64,000 nt of DNA, taken from positions 96,944-160,943 of the forward strand of contig JACPRZ010000043.1 in the NCBI GenBank assembly GCA_016193485.1, read 5' to 3'. Under the pieces are notes generated by a model. It worked only from the letters and a program-made list of their open reading frames with translations, made no database searches and had not been told where the DNA came from. The DNA is from Bacteroidota bacterium. GTDB lineage: Bacteria > Bacteroidota > Bacteroidia > JACPRZ01. A program made the position numbers and the translations under genes. Shown one piece after another: positions 19,183 to 28,285 of this stretch. The first letter of the stretch is position 1; each line of letters begins with the position of its first letter.

Positions 19183-22100
19183 TTAAATTCTCACGCCCAG
19201 GAGGAGAATATCATCTAATTGTTCGAATTTTCCCATCCATTCGGTAACGGTGTGGTTGATGATGCGGAGTTGATCCTGCATGGGTTTGTCTCCGCAGTTC
19301 ATCAGCAAACTGCGCAGCCGGGATGCCTTGAATTTTTTACCCTGGGCGCCTCCGAACTGGTCTTCAATGCCGTCCGAAAAAAGATATACGGTATCGCCAC
19401 CGCACAGTTCAAATTCATAATGAGAGAAGGGAGCGCTGTTCATACTTATGGCAACGGGCTGGCGGTCGGGCATGATTTCGTAGAGGCGGAATTTTTCGTT
19501 TTTATGTTTAACGATAAAAGGTGCATCGGGAATATCGTCATTGTTTGAAACCGGCCGTAATACCCAGATGCCGTTATTGGCGCATGCCCCGCTGAGGCGC
19601 AGCCGTCCGTTGCGGGCAGGGGATAGACAGCAGAGGGCTGCATCCATTCCGTCCTGTTGTTCTCCATATTCGCCTTTTTGCTTCAGGGTAGATATAACTC
19701 CTCTTCTGACTTCATCCAGTATGGAAGCGGGTTGTACTATTTTCTTTTCCGTAACTGCTTCATTGAGCAGTGAGGAGCAGAGCATCGACATGAAAGCCCC
19801 CGGTACTCCATGACCGGTGCAGTCGCAGGCGGCAAAGAGAATAGTATTGCCGTCAGGTGAAGAAGGCGGCAGGGCGAGCCAGTAGAAATCACCGCTGACG
19901 ATGGCTTTTGGACGGTGCAGAATAAATGACTCAGGCAGGAATTTCTTCCAGTAACTTTCGGTAGGAAGCATCGCTTCCTGAATCTTTTTTGCATAGGTAA
20001 TGGAATCGGTGATGTCCTTGTTTTTTTCGGCAAGTTCCCTGTTCTTATGGGCGAGTTCCTGGGTGCGTTCCTGCACCAGGTGCTCCAGCCGCCTTTTCTC
20101 GTGGATGAGATTTCTTTCGCGGACCCGGATGACAACATAGATGAGGGAAACGACAACGGTTACGAAAACCAGATAAAACCACCACGTAAGCCAGAAGGGG
20201 GGGGTAATGGAAAATGAGAAGGTGACCGGATTCTTATTCCAGACGCCTGCATCATTGGAAGCGATGAGTTCAAAATCATAATCTCCATGAGGGATATTTG
20301 AATAGGTTACATAACCCTCGCTCACTTCGGGAGACCATCCTTCTTCAAAACCCCTGAGGCGGTATTTATATCTGACCTTTGCCGGATTGGTAAGGGATAC
20401 ACCGATAAAATACAAACTCATCGTATTCTGGTAATATTTCAGTACCGGGTTGTCGGGTAAAAAGGTATCATTCTGATTGATCCTGATCCGGTATATGGAG
20501 GTTACTGGTTCCACCCCGTTGGGCTGTTCAAGCGAAGGGTTGAATTTAAGCGCTCCCATGATCGTACCAAACCAGATATTGCCCAGCCGGTCAATGGTAA
20601 CGGCATTGGCGTTGTTTTCAATACCCATAAACCCTTCGGTACGGCCGTAATGAGTGAAGGAATTATTTTTCCTGTCATACCGGTCAATCCCGTTGCTTGA
20701 GCCGATCCACAGGTTGTCCCGCTCATCGCAGATGATGGAATAGGGCGTACGTGTGCTCAATCCGGCTTCATGCGTATAATTGGTGAAACGGGCTTTATCT
20801 CCCGATTCCGGATTGTAACTGTAAATACCCCCCCCATAAGTGCCGAACCAGATATTACCCGATTTGTCTTCGGCAATACTCAGGATGAATTTATGCAGCA
20901 GACCGTGGTTTTCGTTGAAGGTGGTGAATTTCTGGTTAAAAAAGAGGGTGAGCGATCCTCCCAGCGAACCCATCCACAGGTCACCGCGGCTGTCGCGGAA
21001 AATCCGGAATATGCTGTTCCCGCCCAGGCCGCTTATGCTGCTGAAACTATTAAATGATTTTTCGGCAGGATTATACCTTGAAGCGCCCCTCGGAGTACCG
21101 AACCAGATATTGCCGGAGGGATCTTCGCAAATGGACAAGACAGTGTTGTCGGCAATACCGTCATCAGCGGACCAGGAATTGAATTTGTTATTCCCGGGGT
21201 CGAATGCACACACCCCCCCTCCTGCTGTGCCGATCCATATTGTTCCGTTGCCATCCTCGTACAGGGAGCGAACAGAATTTGCAGGCAACCCGTTTCTGAC
21301 GGAGTAATTGGTAACCTGGTAATTGCCTGCCACTGCCGAAGTTCCGCCATCATCACCGGAAAACGGATGCAGACATGATACTCCCTTATTGGTTCCCATC
21401 CAGACATTACCTTTGGTATCGGCAAGGATGGACCATACGATATTGTCGGTAATTCCGTAACTTTCATCAAACAGTTGGAATTGCTCGCCCCTGAAACGGT
21501 TCAGCCCCAGATCGGTGGCGATCCAGATATTTCCTTCCCTGTCTTCAAAGATGTCGTTTACCCTGTTGTAATTAAGACCATGTGCAGTGCTGTAATTAGA
21601 GTACCGGCCTGGCGTGGGAAAGGAATTTTCTTTACCCCTTGTCGGTGTGAAGCAAATTACACCGGTGTCTGCCGTGGCAAGCCAGATATTCCTGCGGGAA
21701 TCACGGTAAATTTTAGATACAAATTCCGGCATCAATCCTTTACCTGGACGAATGATCGTTTGCGGCAGGTTCCTGAAGTTTTCAGCGGTAATTTTATCCG
21801 TTACGTTGACGGCAAAAACCCCTGTGCCTTCAAGGGCAATCCATATTTGTGTGCCGAGGGCCTGTTTAATGTCGTTTACAAAATCGGAAGGCAGACCGTT
21901 TGATGTGTTAAGGTAAAAGAATGCGCCTGCCGAATTCATATCTACTGAAGGGGTATAGATGGTAATACCGGCATCTGTTCCGAACCAGATATTACCGTAA
22001 GAATCCTGCATGATGCAGGTAATATTGTTGCTGCTTAATCCGTTGATCCTGTTTATCAGAAGAATTTTGTTCGTTTTATGTTCATACTTCACTACTCCCG

Positions 22101-22539
22101 AACCGTATGTGCCGGTCCAGATATTTCCTTCCTTATCTTCAAGGATGGATGATACGCTCCGGAATTCAAGAAATTCCTCTAGCCCGATGGTTTCAAAGGT
22201 ATTGGTCAGGATATTATATTTTGAGATTCCGCCTGTCCAGTGCCCGAACCAGAGGTTTCCTTTGCGGTCGCGGTATGCTGTGGTGATCCAATCTTCCGAC
22301 AGGCCGTCAAGTTTGGTAAAGGTCACAAATTCCTTTCCGTTATAGCGGGTAAGGCCTGAGAGTGTCCCCAGCCAAAGGTTTCCGGCACTATCCTGGTTGA
22401 TGGTCTGAATCTGCGACTGCGGCAGACCGCTTTCGGTGCCGAAATGGACGAAATGCGTGATTTGTCCCATGCATACTTCTGATGCAATATGAAGGTATAT
22501 AGTTATTATCGGGACAATATGTATAAAATATTTTCTCAT
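19183..22539 (-). CDS. periplasmic-sensor (beta-propeller + Y_Y_Y) PP2C/SpoIIE-type phosphatase, paralog of 15128-18505
   Basis: Same architecture: propeller repeats (NLWLGT, NIWFGT and similar), Y_Y_Y (VRYKYRLRGFEEGWS), TM helix, coiled coil, C-terminal GDFYW...DCTGHGVPGAFMSM...SDGIEDQFGG. Confidence 0.85.
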   Translation of the reverse strand: MRKYFIHIVPIITIYLHIASEVCMGQITHFVHFGTESGLPQSQIQTINQDSAGNLWLGTLSGLTRYNGKEFVTFTKLDGLSEDWITTAYRDRKGNLWFGHWTGGISKYNILTNTFETIGLEEFLEFRSVSSILEDKEGNIWTGTYGSGVVKYEHKTNKILLINRINGLSSNNITCIMQDSYGNIWFGTDAGITIYTPSVDMNSAGAFFYLNTSNGLPSDFVNDIKQALGTQIWIALEGTGVFAVNVTDKITAENFRNLPQTIIRPGKGLMPEFVSKIYRDSRRNIWLATADTGVICFTPTRGKENSFPTPGRYSNYSTAHGLNYNRVNDIFEDREGNIWIATDLGLNRFRGEQFQLFDESYGITDNIVWSILADTKGNVWMGTNKGVSCLHPFSGDDGGTSAVAGNYQVTNYSVRNGLPANSVRSLYEDGNGTIWIGTAGGGVCAFDPGNNKFNSWSADDGIADNTVLSICEDPSGNIWFGTPRGASRYNPAEKSFNSFSSISGLGGNSIFRIFRDSRGDLWMGSLGGSLTLFFNQKFTTFNENHGLLHKFILSIAEDKSGNIWFGTYGGGIYSYNPESGDKARFTNYTHEAGLSTRTPYSIICDERDNLWIGSSNGIDRYDRKNNSFTHYGRTEGFMGIENNANAVTIDRLGNIWFGTIMGALKFNPSLEQPNGVEPVTSIYRIRINQNDTFLPDNPVLKYYQNTMSLYFIGVSLTNPAKVRYKYRLRGFEEGWSPEVSEGYVTYSNIPHGDYDFELIASNDAGVWNKNPVTFSFSITPPFWLTWWFYLVFVTVVVSLIYVVIRVRERNLIHEKRRLEHLVQERTQELAHKNRELAEKNKDITDSITYAKKIQEAMLPTESYWKKFLPESFILHRPKAIVSGDFYWLALPPSSPDGNTILFAACDCTGHGVPGAFMSMLCSSLLNEAVTEKKIVQPASILDEVRRGVISTLKQKGEYGEQQDGMDAALCCLSPARNGRLRLSGACANNGIWVLRPVSNNDDIPDAPFIVKHKNEKFRLYEIMPDRQPVAISMNSAPFSHYEFELCGGDTVYLFSDGIEDQFGGAQGKKFKASRLRSLLMNCGDKPMQDQLRIINHTVTEWMGKFEQLDDILLLGVRI

Positions 22540-23954
22540 TTTCCGAATGAAAAGCGGTTTAGCTCACGTAAATAATCATCTTTTGAAATTTCTTTTCGGT
22601 TTTTAAAATAATTTTCAGCGCCCCACAGGTACGATGCTTTTTGCAGGGTATCCCTGCGGGTCGGAAAATAGATCACGGTAGTATTAACGGTTACGAGTAT
22701 TTCTTTTTTTTCGGTCTGGACCATGCGTGGAATATATTCGTATTTCGGGAATTTTGTCGCTGCAGTGGGTTTGTATATTTTTTTTTCAGAAGGATTTTTT
22801 TGGGCGGATTCCGTTTTTGCGAGACGTTCATTTTCGGCAGCCATCACCATCAGCGATCTCATCTGTCCTGAATAAATCTGCCTCCGGGTATCAGAAACAA
22901 TTTCTGCATTGCGGGATTTCATGGCATTAGTGCCGGCAATATTTTTTGTTTCGGTATCTTTTTTCATCAAATCTTCAGCGCTCTTCGCTTCGGCCGCCTT
23001 GCGCATTTCGGCAAGCCGCGCCAGTTTTTCTTTATCCGCAAGTTCTGTAGTTCCGGGTGAGATGCCGGTCAGTTTTTTCTCATCTTCGGTCTTGATTTTT
23101 TTATTGGTTCCGGCTTCCAAAGTTCTGGCTTCTTCTTCCCTTGCCTGCCGTTCTAATTCCGATTTCATAGCTTCATCGCGTTTTTTCTGCTCTTCGGTAA
23201 TGCTGGCGGCAAGCAGCCGGTCTATTTCTCCTATTTTTTCAAGAGCGTAGGTTTCATCCGGTTTTACGGCATGCGCCTGCAGATAATATGCTTTTGCATT
23301 TGCATAGTCCTCCTGCTTAAAATGAGCATCGCCTTTCGCTATCGCTTCCTTATATTTGGCTTCTGTTTCGGCTTTCTTTTTTTCTTCTTCCATCTTTTTC
23401 TTCCGGTAATCGGCAATCAGTTTGTACCGTTCATCGGCTTCGGCCCTGAGTATGGCGAAGAGCGCTTCAACGCGCGCACGTATGGAATTAAAGTAGGCCT
23501 TATCATCATAAAAATCCCTGCGTTCGGGATTATAGGAGAAACGTGAGACCGGTTTCTCAAGAATTGAGGTGAGGTCTTTATCGAGACCGGGAACCATCTC
23601 AAAAAGTTCTATGGTTGGAATATAAGTGGGATAATGAACCCCATAGTCGGGCGGGACTCTTGCAGATACATAGTGCCTGAGCGTGACGTGCCCGTATTTG
23701 GAAAGTTCAATAATATATTCATCATCTTTGACGGTAAGCGGAAGTTCTTTGAATGTGAACTTGCCGTTGTTTTGGGTAATTTCTGTGGTAATTTTAGTTC
23801 CGTTTTTATAAAGAACGGCAGTCACCCCCGGGAGGGTTTTGCCATGAAGAACCACCGTTCCTTTGATGGTCATGTATCCGAGGTCCTGCGCGTAAGCCGT
23901 TTGGAAGAGAAAAATAAAGAAGGGAATGAATAATATGCGGCAGAAAAGTTTCAT
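22536..23954 (-). CDS. secreted protein with CarboxypepD_reg-like N-terminal domain and Lys/Glu-rich coiled-coil region
   Basis: Signal peptide; IKGTVVLHGKTLPGVTAVLYKNGTK (carboxypeptidase regulatory-like beta-sandwich); long EEKKKAE-rich helix; start overlaps the stop of the upstream phosphatase. Confidence 0.55.
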   Translation of the reverse strand: MKLFCRILFIPFFIFLFQTAYAQDLGYMTIKGTVVLHGKTLPGVTAVLYKNGTKITTEITQNNGKFTFKELPLTVKDDEYIIELSKYGHVTLRHYVSARVPPDYGVHYPTYIPTIELFEMVPGLDKDLTSILEKPVSRFSYNPERRDFYDDKAYFNSIRARVEALFAILRAEADERYKLIADYRKKKMEEEKKKAETEAKYKEAIAKGDAHFKQEDYANAKAYYLQAHAVKPDETYALEKIGEIDRLLAASITEEQKKRDEAMKSELERQAREEEARTLEAGTNKKIKTEDEKKLTGISPGTTELADKEKLARLAEMRKAAEAKSAEDLMKKDTETKNIAGTNAMKSRNAEIVSDTRRQIYSGQMRSLMVMAAENERLAKTESAQKNPSEKKIYKPTAATKFPKYEYIPRMVQTEKKEILVTVNTTVIYFPTRRDTLQKASYLWGAENYFKNRKEISKDDYLRELNRFSFGK

Positions 23955-24010
23955 TGAATAGCGAAATTACGAAAATATAGGGCAGTCGGGCACAGAAGAG
24001 GGCGGAATGG

Positions 24011-24166
24011 CCTGCCTGCCGGCAGGCAAGGGCTACATTCCCATTGATCAGGTGTGAATTTTTTTGTTTTCCTGATCTGATGAAGTCCGATACTAGTCCT
24101 GACGTTTACGATCAGGATGCAGACATTTATCGTCTGCATCAGATTCATCGGACCGGCAGGCAGGGA
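24011..24166. repeat. complex palindromic region (cctgcctgccggcaggcaagg; nested insert with gatgcagacatttatcgtctgcatc; tail tcatcggaccggcaggcaggga)
   Basis: Shares gtccgatact(a/c)gtc and tcatcggaccgg(c/t)aggcaggga with 37746-37806, and the gacatttatcgtc core with 1298-1314. Confidence 0.6.
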
Positions 24167-24224
24167 TAAATGATTGCCTATGCTGCTGGAAAAAATACAA
24201 ATGTGATTACAAATGTGTTGGGGT

Positions 24225-26465
24225 TTAACCGATAATTTTCTGCACCAGATTGTCTATGTTTTTCAATTCAGATGCAAGATTGTTTTTAATGGCAACCCGC
24301 AATAGACCTAAGTAAATTGCAGTTAGTTCTTTTTGCGGTGGGTTGTTCTTTAAATATTTTGCCGTTTTGTCGTGTGCCTCTTTGCTAAGTTTTGCCAAAC
24401 GCAAATGTGTTTCATTTTCTTTGTCAAACTTTGGGTAATACATGTCAAGAATTTTTTTATGAACATCTCTTGCACCGAATAAACCTTTTGTCTGGAAATC
24501 TTTCATTAAAAGGTTTGGGGAAGTTGCATTGAGAATAGCAGTCAGATAATATGCTTCGTTTGAACTGTTGGTAACAAATGAATATCCTTTGCTTTCAACA
24601 ATAAATTCCAAATCAAAGTCCTTTCTTTTTACTACAGTTGCGTTTGCATTTTTTGCAGAAGAATTGTAGATCACTAAATAAGGCGCGTTAATATGTTGTT
24701 CAGTTAATCCTCTTTGAAAATCAAGACGGTCATTGCTTGACATGTTTTTTGATTTTGCAGTTTTTTGCAAATCCCAAATTCTTTCAGCATTTTTAAACCA
24801 TTTTGAAGCATGTAAATATCCTTCGCTTCTTAATTCATCTGCCAAGTAGATTTTGATTTCCTTTTTATTTTCATTTTGATTATATTCAACGGTAATAGGA
24901 AGAACAACTAAATCGGGTTTGAATAACGCAAAAGGTAAAATACTTTTTGATAGTGCGGTGCGGAAAAGAAAACGGCTTTCAATTTGACCAGTGAAATCAA
25001 GTCCCTTCCAAGGTTTTTTTGCGACTGCCTGAATGGAATCAGAAGTTTTTATGTTAATAATTCTACCTTCCCAATCAGGCGGATATTCTTGTGTGAGTTG
25101 AATAAAATAAAATGTGCGCGGGACAATAGTAGCGCCTTGTTTGAATAATTTTTTATATGGATTTATGTTGGTTTGTTTCTTTGATTTACGCGGTGAAAAT
25201 GCTGATGACTTTCCCTGTTTTACATAAAACCAATTTTCACTTTTTTCAACAAGATTCGGCATTGCTGATTTAAGATTGCAATTGTGTGAAGGTACATTTC
25301 CACTGAAGCTTATTCCACCGATACCGGTAGCAGGCAATGATTTTTTCCCGTTTGTTTTTTCAGCAAATAAGACACCGCTCGGAATACGGAATAAAGGGGC
25401 GACTTTATTTAAATCCCAAATATTTGTAAGGCGAAATCCTTTTGCTTTTCCGCTTCTCGTATTATCGTGATGGTCTGCGCTGAAAAAACTACGCGGTAAA
25501 ACAAAAGCAATTTTCCCGCTATCATTTAAAAAATAATTGGCACAATGGGATAAAAATATTGCGGCAATTTCAAGGTGCGGGAAGTTTGCTTTTTTGTCGG
25601 GTTTTACAAGATAGATTTCAGCAAGTTTATTTAGTATGTTCTGATATTCTTCGTTCCTGATTGAACTGTATGTGAACCAGGGAGGATTGCCTATGATGTA
25701 ATCAAATTTTCCATGCAAAAAATAGGGTTTGTAAATATTTTGCAAAATGAATTTCCAAATGCTGTCTCTGCCTTTTTCTTTTACAGATTTCAAGCCAAGA
25801 TATATTTTGTAAAATCCATTTGTAATATTGCCATTAAATCCGTTCTTCGGGAATTTTTTACATAAAATATTTTCAAAAGTTTTTTCATCTTCGGCTTTGG
25901 TATGCAATGTTTGATCTGCCAATTCTTCGCACAATTCCAAACCCTCATCAAATAATTCAATTTCTTCCAACACTTGTGTATTGAGTAAAAATACTTCTTT
26001 GTCAATTTTTAATTTGAATTCGCTGCCGAATAAACTTCCAACTCCATCGGGGGCTAATAGCGTGTTTGCAAGGATAATATTTATGTGAATAGGTTTTTTA
26101 GATTTTACAATTTCTTTTCCCAATGAAAGAAGCATTGTTGTTTTTGCAATCTGTACGGAAAGGGGATGAATGTCTATTCCGAAAATATGTTCATTGAGTT
26201 GTTCGGCAGAAGTCCCCGGATGATTTTTTTTTATCCGGTGAATGGCAGCGCGGAGAAACGAACCGCTTCCGCAAGCAGGGTCAAGGATTTTGTCAGTGGG
26301 TTTAAAATTGAATTCTTTTACAATTCTTTCGCATAACCAGTCGGGCGTATAATACTCGCCTAATGCGTGGCGCGTGTCCAAATCAATTAATTCCTGGTAA
26401 CCAGAAGAAAAAATCGTTGTCAACAAAATTGCGGATGTTGTATTTATGAAAAACAGTGCCGTCAA
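24225..26465 (-). CDS. N6-adenine DNA methyltransferase domain plus putative target-recognition region of a Type IIG (MmeI-like) restriction-modification enzyme; C-terminal part of a split gene
   Basis: SAM-binding motif ILDPACGSGSFL and catalytic motif YIIGNPPWFTYS (gamma-class N6-adenine MTase); about 450 aa C-terminal extension; overlaps the upstream ORF by 83 bp in another frame. Confidence 0.75.
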   Translation of the reverse strand: MTALFFINTTSAILLTTIFSSGYQELIDLDTRHALGEYYTPDWLCERIVKEFNFKPTDKILDPACGSGSFLRAAIHRIKKNHPGTSAEQLNEHIFGIDIHPLSVQIAKTTMLLSLGKEIVKSKKPIHINIILANTLLAPDGVGSLFGSEFKLKIDKEVFLLNTQVLEEIELFDEGLELCEELADQTLHTKAEDEKTFENILCKKFPKNGFNGNITNGFYKIYLGLKSVKEKGRDSIWKFILQNIYKPYFLHGKFDYIIGNPPWFTYSSIRNEEYQNILNKLAEIYLVKPDKKANFPHLEIAAIFLSHCANYFLNDSGKIAFVLPRSFFSADHHDNTRSGKAKGFRLTNIWDLNKVAPLFRIPSGVLFAEKTNGKKSLPATGIGGISFSGNVPSHNCNLKSAMPNLVEKSENWFYVKQGKSSAFSPRKSKKQTNINPYKKLFKQGATIVPRTFYFIQLTQEYPPDWEGRIINIKTSDSIQAVAKKPWKGLDFTGQIESRFLFRTALSKSILPFALFKPDLVVLPITVEYNQNENKKEIKIYLADELRSEGYLHASKWFKNAERIWDLQKTAKSKNMSSNDRLDFQRGLTEQHINAPYLVIYNSSAKNANATVVKRKDFDLEFIVESKGYSFVTNSSNEAYYLTAILNATSPNLLMKDFQTKGLFGARDVHKKILDMYYPKFDKENETHLRLAKLSKEAHDKTAKYLKNNPPQKELTAIYLGLLRVAIKNNLASELKNIDNLVQKIIG

Positions 26466-27288
26466 TGATTCCTTTCATTTCGTCATCGCTAATATAATCA
26501 TCATTGCTGACCACCGTATATGCCAACATTTTTGAAAAGACAGAAAGATAGGTATGAATAAGAAAATTATTTTCGCTTGCGTCATAAGAACCGTAAGCAA
26601 TGCTCAAAAACTTTTCCCATTGCGCATAAGAAACCTGAATCTCACCGTATTTTTTTACATCCCGGAAATGGTTTGACATTTCACGATAACAATCAATGAA
26701 AATACCGCTTTGATAGCCGAATGATTCTTCAATTCTCTTGAGGGTCGCTTTTTGTTTTTCTTCTTTGAAAAGAAATCTGTCAATCCAGAAATAAAAATCG
26801 TCTGCGTTATTTTCTGACAGGGTGAAAGAAGCAGAGGCGATTTCGTTCAATTTTAATTTATCTTCCGTGAGTTCTTCCAGTATATCAATTTGTGAAATGT
26901 CGGGAGCAAAAACTTTCCAATTGATAAAGTCGGAAGCAATTAGGGTGTAGTTGTAACCTTCGCCTGAATTAACCTGGCCTAAAAGATAACCCGCCAGTTG
27001 TTCTTTGGCGTGTTTCAAAGTAAATTTCAGGTCGTTTTCAAATTCAATAATGATTTTATTATAAAGGGTGTCGGCACTACCCTTGTGCATTTTGTCCTTT
27101 CGGGGAATATTCAGGACCGTTTTTTCAGCACCGCTTGTAATTTTGTCAATTATTTTTTTTATCTCTTCTTCACCGGAATATAATCGGTTGAGCAGGTCTT
27201 TGAATAATTCTTTTTTGGCGAGTTCTTTATTGGCAGTTTTTATCTTTTGCCGGTATATTTCAATCAGTTCGTTTCTGTTTTGGTCCAT
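26383..27288 (-). CDS. N-terminal (nuclease-like) domain of the Type IIG-like enzyme, separated from the methyltransferase domain by a frameshift
   Basis: 301-aa ORF ending inside the start of 24225-26465; its tail ...NDFFFWLPGIN* joins the downstream frame ...SGYQELID by a 1-nt shift near a T6 run. Confidence 0.55.
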   Translation of the reverse strand: MDQNRNELIEIYRQKIKTANKELAKKELFKDLLNRLYSGEEEIKKIIDKITSGAEKTVLNIPRKDKMHKGSADTLYNKIIIEFENDLKFTLKHAKEQLAGYLLGQVNSGEGYNYTLIASDFINWKVFAPDISQIDILEELTEDKLKLNEIASASFTLSENNADDFYFWIDRFLFKEEKQKATLKRIEESFGYQSGIFIDCYREMSNHFRDVKKYGEIQVSYAQWEKFLSIAYGSYDASENNFLIHTYLSVFSKMLAYTVVSNDDYISDDEMKGIIDGTVFHKYNIRNFVDNDFFFWLPGIN

Positions 27289-27365
27289 TGTAAATTATCT
27301 CTTTAAAACATTGTAAAAATACCATTTATTCCTGTTTGGCGGTTGCGGGCGTAACTGCCGATGAT

Positions 27366-27446
27366 CTGGAGGGAGGTGACATTGAGGGATTTGATGTAGG
27401 GGATTGAGGGGATGAGGGAATGAGGAATTAATAACATGAGGGAATT
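27366..27446. promoter_or_regulatory. purine-rich tgaggga-type short repeats upstream of the Type IIG-like gene
   Basis: ggagggagg, ttgagggat, ttgagggga, atgagggaa, tgaggaatt, atgagggaat within 80 bp; a similar ttgagggagg and G-rich tract recurs at 29680-29840. Confidence 0.35.
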
Positions 27447-27565
27447 AAAGGATCAGAAGGGAACAAGAAAAGATATTTATTGGCATAGAGTTGGTAATTT
27501 TCGTTATGGAAAAAGAAAAGGGATAGTGGAGGATTACGATACAAAGAAAGATTAGGTAAATGGCT

Positions 27566-28282
27566 TTAGTTTGTTAACGTGTGAATCAACAATCTTGCTT
27601 CCGGAATTTCTTTATAGACATTATTAATATTATCTTCGGTTAAATATGTATTAATTGTTTTGAATAACTTACCACTTCTAAATGCTTCAGGAATGGATTC
27701 AGTATCATACACCTTTTTTTTTAATTGAGGGGTTGGGTGCAAATATCTAATATTCTCTTTTGAAATATCAAATATGCAGGATGCGACAAGTATTTCTGAA
27801 CTTGGGAATAATATTAGTGGAATGAAATATGGCAATATTTCGTAATTATAACCTTGTTTAACCATTTCTTCGTAGAATTTTTCAATTGAAAAATAAATTA
27901 ATCTATTAATACTATAAGCCCATTCAGTGAAGTAATTTGAGCGGTCTTTCAGAAGTTTTTCCGTATCAGAATTGATAATTATTATTTCTTTATTTGAAAT
28001 TGCAGAATTTACCCTTAAAGTTTTTTGGTAACAAGCATAATAAATAGCAATCAAATCTTTTAATAATTTATTGGAATCATCAGAAGTAAATGAGTAATTG
28101 GATGAATTTGAAGTGTTATGCAGATATCTTGATAAAGAATTAAAAATATTCAATTGATCCAGGTCAATAAAGCAATTATCGGGTAATTCCTCCTTCCGGT
28201 GTTTTTTAAAAATGGATTGTAAAAATTTTCGGATAACATAAAAGTCACTTAGCCCGTCACGAAGTATTGCAATATTTCGCAT
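27566..28282 (-). CDS. small partner protein of the upstream ATPase; possible RloB/TOPRIM-like effector (unassigned)
   Basis: Start 3 nt after the ATPase stop; N-terminus MRNIAILRDGLSDFYV (hydrophobic strand then D-G-x-S-D) resembles the start of RloB/DUF4276-type partners; later IIIINSDTEKLL acidic patch; AT-rich. Confidence 0.5.
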   Translation of the reverse strand: MRNIAILRDGLSDFYVIRKFLQSIFKKHRKEELPDNCFIDLDQLNIFNSLSRYLHNTSNSSNYSFTSDDSNKLLKDLIAIYYACYQKTLRVNSAISNKEIIIINSDTEKLLKDRSNYFTEWAYSINRLIYFSIEKFYEEMVKQGYNYEILPYFIPLILFPSSEILVASCIFDISKENIRYLHPTPQLKKKVYDTESIPEAFRSGKLFKTINTYLTEDNINNVYKEIPEARLLIHTLTN

Positions 28283-28285
28283 AAA

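Noticed and set aside
15353-22345. Numerous ORFs antisense to or overlapping the two sensor-phosphatase genes
   Set aside because: All are embedded in the 3.3-kb genes that carry coherent domain signatures; treated as spurious.
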